A program made the translations under genes and the position numbers. Shown here piece after piece: positions 40,976 through 51,300 of a stretch of 64,000 bases of DNA; positions within the stretch are counted from its first letter, which is position 1, and each line of letters begins with the position of its first letter. Under the pieces are notes generated by a model, which searched no databases, had not been told where the DNA came from, and was given only the letters and a program-made list of their open reading frames with translations. The DNA comes from Chitinophagales bacterium (GTDB lineage Bacteria; Bacteroidota; Bacteroidia; Chitinophagales; JADIYW01): assembly GCA_044227665.1 (NCBI GenBank), contig JBGAWK010000001.1, positions 96,793-160,792 of the forward strand, read 5' to 3'.

Positions 40976-42511
40976 TTATGCTGCCCAGCTATCTCTATCC
41001 AGACTTCTGTATTGAATAGCTTCTGCGAGGTGTTCTATTTTTATGTCTTTACTCTCTGATAAATCTGCAATAGTCCTTGCTACTCGTAATATTCGATCAT
41101 AAGCTCTTGCAGAAAGACCTAGTCTTTTCATTGCAGTATTCAAAAGGGTTATTCCTGCTGAGTCTAAGTTACACACCTCACGAGTAGTCTGTGTTCCCAT
41201 TTGAGCATTTGCATGAATATTCAATGTTGAGAACCTTTCTTGTTGTACCTGTCGTGCCCTCATTACTCGCTCTCTGATTTTTGAACTTTCTTCTGATTTT
41301 TGTGAAGAGGATAATTGGTCGAGTTTTACAGGCGTTACTTCTACATGTAAGTCTATGCGATCTAATAGTGGTCCGGATATTTTGTTGAGGTATTTCTGTA
41401 CCGTTCCCGGCGGACATAGACATTCCTTTTCTGGATGGTTATAGTAGCCACAGGGACAAGGATTCATACTTGCGATAAGCATGAAATTGGCAGGGTAATC
41501 TACAGAACTTTTCGCACGCGAGATAGTTACTTTTCTTTCTTCCATAGGTTGTCGCATAACTTCTAGAACTGTACGCTTAAATTCCGGTAATTCATCCAGA
41601 AAGAGCACGCCATTATGTGCCAAAGATATTTCTCCAGGTTGTGGATGGGTGCCACCACCTACCAGCGCCACATCGCTTACTGTATGATGTGGCGACCGGA
41701 AAGGGCGTTCATACATCAGAGCACTGTCATGTCGCAGACGTCCGGCTACAGAATGTATTTTAGTGGTTTCTAGGGCTTCAGAGAGGGTAAGGGGAGGAAG
41801 TATAGAGGGCAATCGTTTGGCGAGCATGGTTTTACCGGCACCAGGAGGGCCTATCAATATGACATTGTGACCTCCGGCAGCAGCAATCTCCAGTGCTCTC
41901 TTTATATTTTCTTGTCCTTTTACATCGCTGAAATCATTTTCTATGAGTTGGAGGTGGTGATAGAATTCATCTCTAGTGTCCACTACTATAGGCGTAAATG
42001 ATTCCTTCTCTTCCAATAAGGAGACGACATCTTCGAGTGTCTCCAATCCATATACTTCTAGGTCATTTACAATAGCAGCTTCTTTAGCATTCTGCTTGGG
42101 AAGAATAATTCCTTTGAAGCCTTCTTTACGTGCTTGTATGGCAATTGGCAAGGCGCCTTTAATAGGCTGAAGTTTACCATCTAAGGACAACTCTCCCATC
42201 AGGATATACTGATGTAGGTTTTTTCCTTCTATCTGCCCCGAGGCAGCAAGAATACCCATAGCCATAGGCAAATCATAGGAAGAACCTTCTTTACGGATAT
42301 CTGCAGGAGCAAGATTGATGACAATCTTTATGCGGGGCATATTGTAGTCATTATGACGCAATGCCGTCTCTATACGCTGTTGGCTTTCTTGTACTGCTTT
42401 GTCAGGTAGTCCTACAATATAGCAGCCTGTTCCTTGTCCTACATTTACTTCTACTGTGATGGTGGTGGCATTAATGCCATACACCGCACTTCCATAAGTT
42501 TTTACTAGCAT
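40976..42511 (-). CDS. yifB: YifB/ComM-family Mg-chelatase-like AAA+ ATPase
   Basis: A Lon-protease-like N-terminal domain is followed by Walker A GPPGAGKT and VLFLDELPEF, with a C-terminal ChlI-like region. The ORF track extends to a TTG at 42529. ATG 42511 (MLVKTYGSAVYG) is the more likely start. Confidence 0.9.
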   Translation of the reverse strand: MLVKTYGSAVYGINATTITVEVNVGQGTGCYIVGLPDKAVQESQQRIETALRHNDYNMPRIKIVINLAPADIRKEGSSYDLPMAMGILAASGQIEGKNLHQYILMGELSLDGKLQPIKGALPIAIQARKEGFKGIILPKQNAKEAAIVNDLEVYGLETLEDVVSLLEEKESFTPIVVDTRDEFYHHLQLIENDFSDVKGQENIKRALEIAAAGGHNVILIGPPGAGKTMLAKRLPSILPPLTLSEALETTKIHSVAGRLRHDSALMYERPFRSPHHTVSDVALVGGGTHPQPGEISLAHNGVLFLDELPEFKRTVLEVMRQPMEERKVTISRAKSSVDYPANFMLIASMNPCPCGYYNHPEKECLCPPGTVQKYLNKISGPLLDRIDLHVEVTPVKLDQLSSSQKSEESSKIRERVMRARQVQQERFSTLNIHANAQMGTQTTREVCNLDSAGITLLNTAMKRLGLSARAYDRILRVARTIADLSESKDIKIEHLAEAIQYRSLDRDSWAA

Positions 42512-42587
42512 ATCTCTTTTGTATCTCAATTATATAGATACACAAGAGGATCTTTTTCCATAAAATGATGAAAAGAATTATATAATT

Positions 42588-43715
42588 TTAGTAGTTTACT
42601 ATCTGTTCTTCTATAGTATTTGGAATTTCTCTTTCTTCATACTGCTGATTGCGCAATTGGGGAAGATATCCAGCTTCTCTTATTGCGTCTTGCATCGTTT
42701 TATAGGTAAACCTATGGGGTGCTCCCGCCGCAGAAACCACATTTTCTTCTATCATGATAGAGCCAAAGTCATTAGCTCCCCCATGCAGACACAGTTGCCC
42801 GGTAGCCTTGCCTACTGTAAGCCAAGAGGCTTGAATATTTTCAATATTTGGGAGCATTATTCTACTTATTGCCAACATTCGGATATATTCTTCGGCGGTA
42901 ACTTTATTGCGAATGTTGCGTAGTTTCCTCAACAAAGTACCCTCATCCTGAAATGGCCACAGTATGAAGGCAATGAAGCCTTTAGCATCGGTGGGCTTTT
43001 CTGACTGTACTTGTCGAATCCAAGTGAGATGCTCCATGCGTTCTTCAAGGGTTTCTATGTGACCAAACATCATGGTGGCACTTGTAGTAAGATGTAGCTG
43101 GTGTGCCGCACGCATTACGTCCAACCATTCCTGTCCACTACACTTGCCCTTAGCAAGTAGTCTGCGCACTCTATCATTCAATATTTCTGCGCCTGCACCG
43201 GGCAGGGAATCCATGCCTGCCCCCATGAGTGCCGTTAAGACATCGCTATGCGTCATGCCTTCTAATTTGCATATATGTGCTATCTCTGGTGGTCCTAAGG
43301 CATGCAATTTGATAGCGGGAAACAAGGTTTTTATTTGTCGGAAAGTATCTGTATAGTATTTCAACCCAAGATCTGGATGGTGTCCACCCTGTAAAAGTAA
43401 TTGCTCTCCTCCGTATCTTATGGTTTCTTCTATTTTTGTCCTATAAGTTTCTATGTCTGTGATATAAGATTCCTCGTGCCCTGGCTTCCTGTAGAAGTTG
43501 CAAAATTTGCAATTAGCCACACATACATTCGTTGTATTAAGATTCCTGTCTATAATCCAAGTAACCTTCTCGCTATTCTTTTTATGGTGTTTGCGCAACA
43601 TATCCCCTACATACATCAATTCTGCCGTAGGCGCATGATGGAAAAGAAATAATGCCTCTTCTATATTCAGCCATTCAAGAGCCAAGGCTTTACTATATAA
43701 ATCTTTTAATTGCAT
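42588..43715 (-). CDS. Radical SAM enzyme of the MqnC/MqnE/CofH family (futalosine-route menaquinone biosynthesis type)
   Basis: 375 aa. CxxxCxxC cluster motif as CVANCKFCNF within NLNTTNVC..., and a GGxHP motif (LLLQGGHHPDL). I cannot separate MqnC from MqnE by eye. Confidence 0.7.
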   Translation of the reverse strand: MQLKDLYSKALALEWLNIEEALFLFHHAPTAELMYVGDMLRKHHKKNSEKVTWIIDRNLNTTNVCVANCKFCNFYRKPGHEESYITDIETYRTKIEETIRYGGEQLLLQGGHHPDLGLKYYTDTFRQIKTLFPAIKLHALGPPEIAHICKLEGMTHSDVLTALMGAGMDSLPGAGAEILNDRVRRLLAKGKCSGQEWLDVMRAAHQLHLTTSATMMFGHIETLEERMEHLTWIRQVQSEKPTDAKGFIAFILWPFQDEGTLLRKLRNIRNKVTAEEYIRMLAISRIMLPNIENIQASWLTVGKATGQLCLHGGANDFGSIMIEENVVSAAGAPHRFTYKTMQDAIREAGYLPQLRNQQYEEREIPNTIEEQIVNY

Positions 43716-43807
43716 AGGGTAAAGGTAGGATGTTGTGCCTATAGATTTGTAGTTGTACTCAATATTATTTTCTTAAATTAGACTACAGACCAACGGACTT
43801 CGAATGC

Positions 43808-43855
43808 TAAAAATCCCCGAAAATCAAAACTTAAACTGATGATTTTCGGGGATTT
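43808..43855 (-). terminator. Rho-independent terminator of the AAA ATPase gene; also copy 1 of a 39-nt hairpin repeat
   Basis: A 16-bp perfect stem, aaatccccgaaaatca (43811-43826) / tgattttcggggattt (43840-43855), with a 13-nt loop. On the minus strand it is followed by ttttt. Confidence 0.75.
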
Positions 43856-45032
43856 ATTTTGTTATAACAGGTAAAATATTTATTATAAAATATTTAAAAC
43901 CAACAGTATATATGTCTTTCCTCATTGGTATTTCTTTTTCGTCAGCAGGAATTATGATATAATTTTTTTTACATTGCAAATCTTTTATGCTCTCTGTCAT
44001 TCCTTTACTAATATTTGGCGAATGACTCCATTTTATTTCAATACAGCAGATAGGATTAATGCCTTTTACAAGTATGAGGTCTATCTCGCTTCCGTCGTGA
44101 GTTCTATAAAAGAAGGGCTGAATGTTTCTAGGTAATTTTTGGCATATTTGCTCTAAAACATAGGATTCCCAAGAGTATCCTACTATGGGGTGCACTTGGA
44201 GTGTCTTATAGTCGTGTATATCTAGTAGATGATGTAGAATACCCGTGTCGGTGATATAGACTTTGGGACTCTTTACAAGTCTTTTTCCTATATTGATATA
44301 GTATGGCATGAGTTTGCGAACGACAAATGCGCCTTCAATATAGTCTATATATCTGTTTACTGTAGTTGGGCTGATATCCAATCCTTTGGCGAAGGATTGG
44401 GCATTCCATATGCCACCATGATGGTGTGCCAACATTCGCCAAAGTTTGAACATAAGTGTAGAGGAGAAACTTACACCAAATAGTGTATTTAAGTCTCTTT
44501 CTATATATGTGCGCACAAATGCTGCTAACCATGTAGCCGCTGCTGCATCTGTTTTTGATAAAAACGCATCGGGAAATCCTCCTCGCAGCCAGTGTCTGCG
44601 TAGGGCATTGGGCTTCCCAGCTATTTCGCTGTAATGAAAGGGGAAAGCATGAATGTAGGCTATCCTGCCTGCGAGGGATTCGCTTACACCCCGTATAAGG
44701 CTTGGACTGGCAGACCCAAGCAGTAGAAAGCGCCCTGCAATGCGTTTTCTATCTATTATTGAGCGTAATAAGGCAAAAATTTCTGGCATCCGTTGTACTT
44801 CATCAAGGATGAAGAGGCTGTCTTCGTTTTGCGTAAACAATAATTCAGGGTCGCTAAGCTTTCGTATATCGGCGGGACTCTCCAAGTCCAAATAGAAACT
44901 GTCTCTTTTTTGGATGGACTGATAGTGCTTAGCGATGGTAGTCTTGCCACACTGTCGCGGCCCTAGCAGGCACACCACAGGAAATTGCCTGGCATACTGT
45001 ACCAAATCCGATTGTATATGCCGTGATATCAT
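43854..45032 (-). CDS. AAA+ ATPase with a DUF4143-type C-terminal domain
   Basis: Walker A GPRQCGKTT and Walker B LFILDEVQ. The C-terminal half (TDTGILHHLL...) follows the AAA_14 plus DUF4143 architecture. The ORF track extends to 45068, but that extension is made of repeat copy 2. ATG 45032 (MISRHIQSDLV) is the preferred start. Confidence 0.8.
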   Translation of the reverse strand: MISRHIQSDLVQYARQFPVVCLLGPRQCGKTTIAKHYQSIQKRDSFYLDLESPADIRKLSDPELLFTQNEDSLFILDEVQRMPEIFALLRSIIDRKRIAGRFLLLGSASPSLIRGVSESLAGRIAYIHAFPFHYSEIAGKPNALRRHWLRGGFPDAFLSKTDAAAATWLAAFVRTYIERDLNTLFGVSFSSTLMFKLWRMLAHHHGGIWNAQSFAKGLDISPTTVNRYIDYIEGAFVVRKLMPYYINIGKRLVKSPKVYITDTGILHHLLDIHDYKTLQVHPIVGYSWESYVLEQICQKLPRNIQPFFYRTHDGSEIDLILVKGINPICCIEIKWSHSPNISKGMTESIKDLQCKKNYIIIPADEKEIPMRKDIYTVGFKYFIINILPVITK

Positions 45033-45052
45033 ATAACAAATATATAAAAATA

Positions 45053-45095
45053 ATTCCCGAAAATCCAAACTTAAACTGATGATTTTCGGGGAAAA
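45053..45095. repeat. Copy 2 of the 39-nt hairpin repeat (imperfect stem)
   Basis: ttcccgaaaatccaaacttaaactgatgattttcgggga compared with copy 1 tccccgaaaatcaaaacttaaactgatgattttcgggga gives 37 of 39 identical positions in the same orientation. Confidence 0.8.
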
Positions 45096-45211
45096 TATTT
45101 GACTTTACTAGTGTACACGTTTTTTATTTTTAAAATAAATGTATCTATCAAAATAATCTCCAATAAGTATAACTTGTAAATGAATTGGAATAATTGGTGG
45201 ACTTACAATAC

Positions 45212-45233
45212 TTATTAAGTAGCTACTTAATAA
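45212..45233. promoter_or_regulatory. Perfect 22-bp palindrome in the AT-rich spacer; candidate operator
   Basis: ttattaagta gc tacttaataa has 10-bp arms that are exact reverse complements. Confidence 0.3.
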
Positions 45234-45473
45234 TCGAAATAATGCATTAAGTAAGCATAATAACATTCAAAATTTCATCATTAGATTATAAACGTCTCAT
45301 TTTTGTTTCTATTGTTTTAATGATTGTAAAATGAAATTAGTGCACATCTAATTTTACTCATATTGATTTTAAATTATTTATAATCAATGTTTTAAGAATT
45401 AAATATAAACTCATTTGTTAAAAATTTATTTATCCACAATGTTTTGTTTAATTTTATAAACTAAAACATTAGT

Positions 45474-46004
45474 ATGATAAAATATATACAATTTATTTTA
45501 GTCTTTTTTACTATTAATAATATATTTTCTCAAGGAATACTTAGAGATAAGGTTATTAAAGAAATTGCTAAGCAGATTTCTATTCAAGAGATTGATGGAG
45601 GTCAATCCGTTTCATTTAATGAATCTACAAAGATTTTGGCTATTACTTATTATAATCAAAATCTTCTTTCAGACACCATTCGTAAAAAAATATATACTTT
45701 GCTTTGTAGTGAATTGGATTTTTTTAATAGACTTCAAATAAATTCAAAGAAATTACTGATTAATAGTATAATAACTTATGATATGTCTCATCTGGGAAAT
45801 CCTTTGTATAAAGAAGAATATCGAGACTTTGAAAAAGTTGTAATGAATATCTTCATTAATCAATTTTCGGATTATATAAAGTACGACAATGATTCACGAA
45901 GCCTCACCTTTGTGAATGATGAAGTTAAAGTATCGTTTTTGGGTAAGGATTGGGCCTCAATAATTGAGGATTTGTCTGACAAATTATTGAATACAACAAA
46001 ATAA
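45474..46004 (+). CDS. Small secreted hypothetical protein, very AT-rich
   Basis: 176 aa with signal-like N-terminus MIKYIQFILVFFTINNIFSQ. It ends 6 nt before the start of the giant gene. No family recognised. Confidence 0.55.
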   Translation: MIKYIQFILVFFTINNIFSQGILRDKVIKEIAKQISIQEIDGGQSVSFNESTKILAITYYNQNLLSDTIRKKIYTLLCSELDFFNRLQINSKKLLINSIITYDMSHLGNPLYKEEYRDFEKVVMNIFINQFSDYIKYDNDSRSLTFVNDEVKVSFLGKDWASIIEDLSDKLLNTTK

Positions 46005-46010
46005 ATTCCT

Positions 46011-48302
46011 ATGAAAATATTCTACAAATTTATATTATTTGTATGCTTATATTGTGTAAGCACACAAAATAGTTCTGCTCAAAAAAATATAAAATTAAAC
46101 ATATCACAATTACGTTTATCTGGATTGAGTACTGGATGTGATGGTATTGGTGCAGAAGAACCGAGATGGTATTTTACTAATGATAAATCTGGAACAGATT
46201 GGTGTGATGAAGAAAGTTCATCCAGTTCTGGCAATCAAACTTGGGCTAAAAACAATGATATTTTTAATGAAAGCTATATATGTCCTTCGGATATACCAGC
46301 CACCATTAGTGTTCGGATGAGGGCATGCGAGAATGATGGGGCAAGTTGTTGGACTTTATCTTCGTGTGATGGAGGTCAACACGACCATTCAGAGTCCATT
46401 ACCACTACTGCTACTAATGGTACGTATACTAATACCAATGGTTGTGGTTCTTATTTTTATACAGATAACCATGGTGGCTGTGGCGATGCTGATTATGGGT
46501 ATACTATTCAGATGATAGTTTCAGGCTCTTGGCAAACCACTAAGAACCAAAATGCTAGCGGTAATATTACTAATACAACTTGTCTAACAGCCATAGATAT
46601 CACTAGTGGTATAGGAGCTATGCCTACTAATGATGGCTGGAGAGGTCCCATACGTGGACATATCAAACGGTGTGGCGATATCTACTATAAATTCAACCTT
46701 ACCACTAATGTGTCTTATTTTGAAATAGATATGTTTAATGGTGATGGTGATGTAGATGTTTACTACATGAATACGGATGGAACTTGCGGCTGTGCAGTAT
46801 CTAATGATGCAGGAATATTTGATTATGATTTCAAAGAAAACAGCCCTAAATTGGGATGGTATGTAATTAAATTGAGAAATGGTAGTGACTACGTTGATAT
46901 AGATTTCCGTACAGGTGGTGGTGTAACCCGCCCTGGTAATGACAACATATCTTGCGCTACTCTTATTGGTACTGGTGGTACTATAGATGTTTGCGAATCA
47001 GGCTCTTTGACGAGCAATAACATTAATGCTACTGATGAGGACGTGTGTGGTGTAGATGAACCGCAAGAAAATGATAATAGAACTGTATGGTACAAATTTG
47101 TAGCTGGAAGTACTATAGGTACTAATTTAAAGATAAAGGTTACGAATAATGGTGGCGATAATATGACACCAGATATTGCACTATTTAAGCAAGTGACAAC
47201 ACCAGGTCTCTGTCCCACACTATATGGATATAATACAGGATTACAATATCTTGCGGATAATAGTGGCACATATTTAGTGGATAATGATGCGGAGGTAAAT
47301 ATTACCTCTTGTTCAGGAGCATATACCGCAGGTGCCACCTATTTTTTGCAGATAGATGATGAAGGTGGGACAGCGGGTATTGGATATTATGATGGTGATT
47401 TTAAGTTGGAATGGTGGGATAATGGAAAGATAGAGGGACAAAATTATATTTGTAGTGCTGCAGATATGACGGCAGCACCACCCGCCACCTCAGGTGCTTG
47501 TTCCTATGGCAGTAATGCCGATGGTGATGGTATTCTGGAAGTTTCGGAAACGATATCTAGGCTAAACCAGTCCAACTATTGTGCCAATACAGAAGTTGGT
47601 GAGCCTGAATTAGGATCTGTAGTATGTGTAGATCAAATTGCAAGCACAGTATGGTATAAATTTACTACCGGCACTATTGCTGCTCCTATTACCGTAAGGG
47701 TATGGGATGATGGAGATGCAGGTGGTTCCGATGATATAGATCCCTATTTTTCTGTATATAAATCCTGCGTGGGATGTACTTTTGGTACTAACCTCGTTCA
47801 GGTAGGCGAAGCAGGAGGTACGGATGTGCTTGGTGGCGCCGAAGCTGATGACTACTCCATCACCTTCAATCCTGCGCCTAGTTCCACCTATTATATACAA
47901 GTAGGGGGTTGGGTAGATGGGGCTCTTTGTGGCAACAGCGAAAAGGGCGATTTCAATGTCTCAGCATCTATGGCGGCTACAGCGCTAAAGGGTGACTACA
48001 TCTGCGATGCACATATTGCAGGCAGCACAGGATGGTCGGAGACAGGAGGCACGAATAACGATTTACTGGATTTAGGTGAAACAATGCAAACCACAAGCGT
48101 ATTCACCAACAAAGGATTCTATTCGGTAGAAGATGGCTGTGGGCTAGATGAGCCAGATAATAGCGATGGCGATGAAACAGTGTGGTTTAAATTTAAAACC
48201 TCAGGCACAGTGGGTTCAGAGATAGCCGTAAATGTAGATGCTGTAAATGGTTCTGGAGAAGGGGCTGCTTGCCCAGGAGGAGTTGGTACCACCTTTGCTT
48301 AG
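46011..48302 (+). CDS. Giant T9SS cargo protein, segment A (signal peptide, N-terminal Cys-rich region, modules 1-3 and first half of module 4); ends at an in-frame TAG
   Basis: 763 codons. Signal peptide MKIFYKFILFVCLYCVSTQNSSAQ. Repeated motifs NDxxCxA / CxxxxxEP / VW[YF]KF. Same reading frame as the next ORF. Confidence 0.85.
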   Translation: MKIFYKFILFVCLYCVSTQNSSAQKNIKLNISQLRLSGLSTGCDGIGAEEPRWYFTNDKSGTDWCDEESSSSSGNQTWAKNNDIFNESYICPSDIPATISVRMRACENDGASCWTLSSCDGGQHDHSESITTTATNGTYTNTNGCGSYFYTDNHGGCGDADYGYTIQMIVSGSWQTTKNQNASGNITNTTCLTAIDITSGIGAMPTNDGWRGPIRGHIKRCGDIYYKFNLTTNVSYFEIDMFNGDGDVDVYYMNTDGTCGCAVSNDAGIFDYDFKENSPKLGWYVIKLRNGSDYVDIDFRTGGGVTRPGNDNISCATLIGTGGTIDVCESGSLTSNNINATDEDVCGVDEPQENDNRTVWYKFVAGSTIGTNLKIKVTNNGGDNMTPDIALFKQVTTPGLCPTLYGYNTGLQYLADNSGTYLVDNDAEVNITSCSGAYTAGATYFLQIDDEGGTAGIGYYDGDFKLEWWDNGKIEGQNYICSAADMTAAPPATSGACSYGSNADGDGILEVSETISRLNQSNYCANTEVGEPELGSVVCVDQIASTVWYKFTTGTIAAPITVRVWDDGDAGGSDDIDPYFSVYKSCVGCTFGTNLVQVGEAGGTDVLGGAEADDYSITFNPAPSSTYYIQVGGWVDGALCGNSEKGDFNVSASMAATALKGDYICDAHIAGSTGWSETGGTNNDLLDLGETMQTTSVFTNKGFYSVEDGCGLDEPDNSDGDETVWFKFKTSGTVGSEIAVNVDAVNGSGEGAACPGGVGTTFA

Positions 48303-51300
48303 ATGAAAGTTTGGGAATGGACAGGAACAGGAACAGGTCCTGCTTGTAATGATGCTACACGCTTTGATCCTTTGAAATTGGTAGATATCGGCACGCCTGA
48401 TTTAGTGGACCAAAGCAAGGAATATATAGAGTGTCCGAAAGCAAATACTTGGTATTTTGCACAGTGTGAACTAGGGTTTGGGTCAACTTGTGATAGAGCG
48501 AATTTTAATGCTACAATCACCGACAATGGCATTCCACAAGCACCTAATGACCGTATCTGTAATGCTACCGTATTGAGTACACCTACCTATACGAATCCAC
48601 AATCATTGGTGGGAACATATACGACACATACACTTATCAACCAAAATAATTTCTGTGCTACAAATACAGGGGAGCCTACACCGAGTTGTTTTGGCACTAA
48701 TGATCAGTCGGTATGGTATAAACTACCTGCCGCCGCTGCTCCAGGGGCTAGCGATATATCTAACCCAGGTAGGAAGGTAGTTATCGTCAACGCTTACAGT
48801 CAACATCCGGCAGGTGTCGAAGATGAGATAAACCTCCAACTGGCATTATATACCAATAGTAATATGGCTTCTTGCCCTACTAACCCTACAACTGGATTTA
48901 CACTTACTAGTGATATTCAAGGAAATAATTGTGCTTATGTAAGTCCATTAAGTATAGATCCGGATCAAGTTCTTCAATTGAGTGAATATCTTACTGCAGC
49001 TTGTCTTACACCAGAGACTGATTATTATTTGATGGTGGATGGTGAAGTTCCATTTTATGATGTCCTAACTCAGTATCTGAAAGAGGGCTGGTTTGAGTTT
49101 GATGCTTACTATCCCCGTGAAGTTGGGGACATACCTTGCAATGCTGTGCCTTTCAAATTATTTGGAAATAGTAATGGATTTAATACGGGTTATGACAATG
49201 CTGCCGGAGCATTTGGAACAGGCGATGCATCAAAGACGGGTTTGACAGACAATCTTTACAATAATTCAAATCTTTGTACTACTTATACGCCGGGTACCGG
49301 TGCTAATCAGGAACCGGGAACTACATTTACAACTGGTGATGGCAATGATAATCCGGGATGGGTATATTTCTATGCCCCACCGAGTGGCTCTGTACGTATT
49401 ACGGCTACTGCCGACCCTCAAGATATCATGAAAGATGGTACTTTTGATAATATTGATTTACAATTGGCTATATATCAAGAAACCACACCTGGTAATTGCT
49501 CGATAATACAACCGCCACAGTCTCCGGTGTCTTCTATCGTGAGTTATAATGTCTTAGATGGCTATGGCGAAGTTATGTATGTAAACTGCCTCACGCCCGG
49601 AAGAAAATATTATTTGGAAATAGATGGCTCCGCATCTCCTATCACACAAACAAGAGGTATTTTTGACTTAAAAATTGAAGACTACCAACCTAATGCTTAT
49701 GCGCCTAATGATGAGATGTGTAATGCGATTCCTTTTAGTGATTCTTATATAGCGACAAATACGTGGAATAGAATCAATTATAAAGACACTTTATATATTG
49801 CAGATACCAAAAACTGGTGTGCCGACAACCTCAACGAACCCGGAAGACCTGCTTTAGGCGGTTATAATGAAACAGGGGTGTGGTATAAATTTATAGCACC
49901 CCCCTCTGGAAAGATACATATTCTTGCAGAGAATACAGACTACGGCACATTGAGCAAGCCCTCAGGAGACCCCAACCATATAGACCTATCATTGGCAATC
50001 TATAAACTGAATTCTGGCTACTCCTGTACACAATATGCTATTCCTGAAGCTACTACACTGATTGTTCAGGATTATCAGAATCCACTTGTTACCTCTGGTG
50101 TTGCAATTGCGGGAACATCTGTAGAAGATGAAGAGATGGAAGTTTCATGTCTTATTCCGGGACAAGAATATTACCTTCTAGTATCAGGTAAAAAGTCAGC
50201 AGGCATAGGCTCCGACTGGGATTATGGTAGATTCAATCTTACTATAACTTCCGACCCTCGCAACCCTGCTTCCTGGAATGGAGCATATAATACGGTGAGT
50301 GGTAATCAATACTTACCAGCTACGATTAATCCAAGTATAGATACCGTATGTGGTGCTGCTAATTTGGGTACAATGCCTGCGGGTACAACCTGGTATCAAC
50401 CGTTTACAGACAGAAAAGTACCGAATAATTGTAGCTCCAATTTCTATATGTCTCCGACATTTAACAATTTCTGTGCTACCGCTACCAGCGACCCTACACC
50501 GGGGTATCAGCAGAGTGTTGTAAATGCATTTGGTAGCAATCACCAACCGGTATGGTTTAAGTTTACTACACCAGCAACAGGAGCTTATGACCCATCTATT
50601 ATTAGTGTAGAAATAGAGGCTATATCTGGAGATTGTTCTACTGCGATATTGGATGATTGGTTTGACAATGGATGTTCTCCTAGTGATGAAGTGTATCAAG
50701 ATTGTATAGACTTAGGCGTTTCTTTGTGGATGGCTAGTGACGGAACATGCTCAGGACCTTTATATGAAATGGGCAGTGATTATGATCCGGGCTTTTATGA
50801 TGAGAATGCCACCATACATTGCTTAGATCCTAATACTACCTATTATATCATGGTGGATGGATCGGCACTAAACAAAGAAGGGAACTTTAATTTAAGGGTG
50901 CGTCAGGTAAATCCTGATCCGCGCCCTTCAAATAATTTTATTTGCAATGCTAAAAAATTAACTACCGGTGCGGCAAGTTCTGCTGCTTCTTTCTGGGGCG
51001 GTGGTGCAGCATTTACTTATGAAAAAGACACAAATATTTGTGCAGATACTAGATTAAATGTGAGTAGTGCTGCGGGAACAGAACCTATTCCCTCAGGATG
51101 GGATGTGGTTTCACCTCCTTCAGATGCTGCTGATATGACGCATACAGTATGGTATAGCTTTATGACACCTACTGCTGCGGGAGATTATGCTGTACATATA
51201 GATGTAAATAGTGATCTTCCTTGGCCTTTTGGCGATTTGGTGAATCCAAAAATTGCCGTTTGGGAGTCTCAAGATGGTACTTGTAGTTATTCGCATCCTA

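Noticed and set aside
43776-43808. tRNA-3'-end-like string (gaccaacggacttcgaatgc) next to hairpin copy 1, which could have marked an integration site
   Set aside because: Only the ttcgaat T-loop-like heptamer matches. The flanking bases cannot form a T-arm or acceptor stem, and no tRNA gene is present in the window.
48300-48302. In-frame TAG as a sign of genetic-code reassignment or pyrrolysine
   Set aside because: TAG ends clearly complete genes in this same window: hflX at 10577-10579, the ArsR-like gene at 11782-11784, hppA at 15559-15561, and the thioesterase at 9887-9889. No pyl genes are present, so a global reassignment is not supported.
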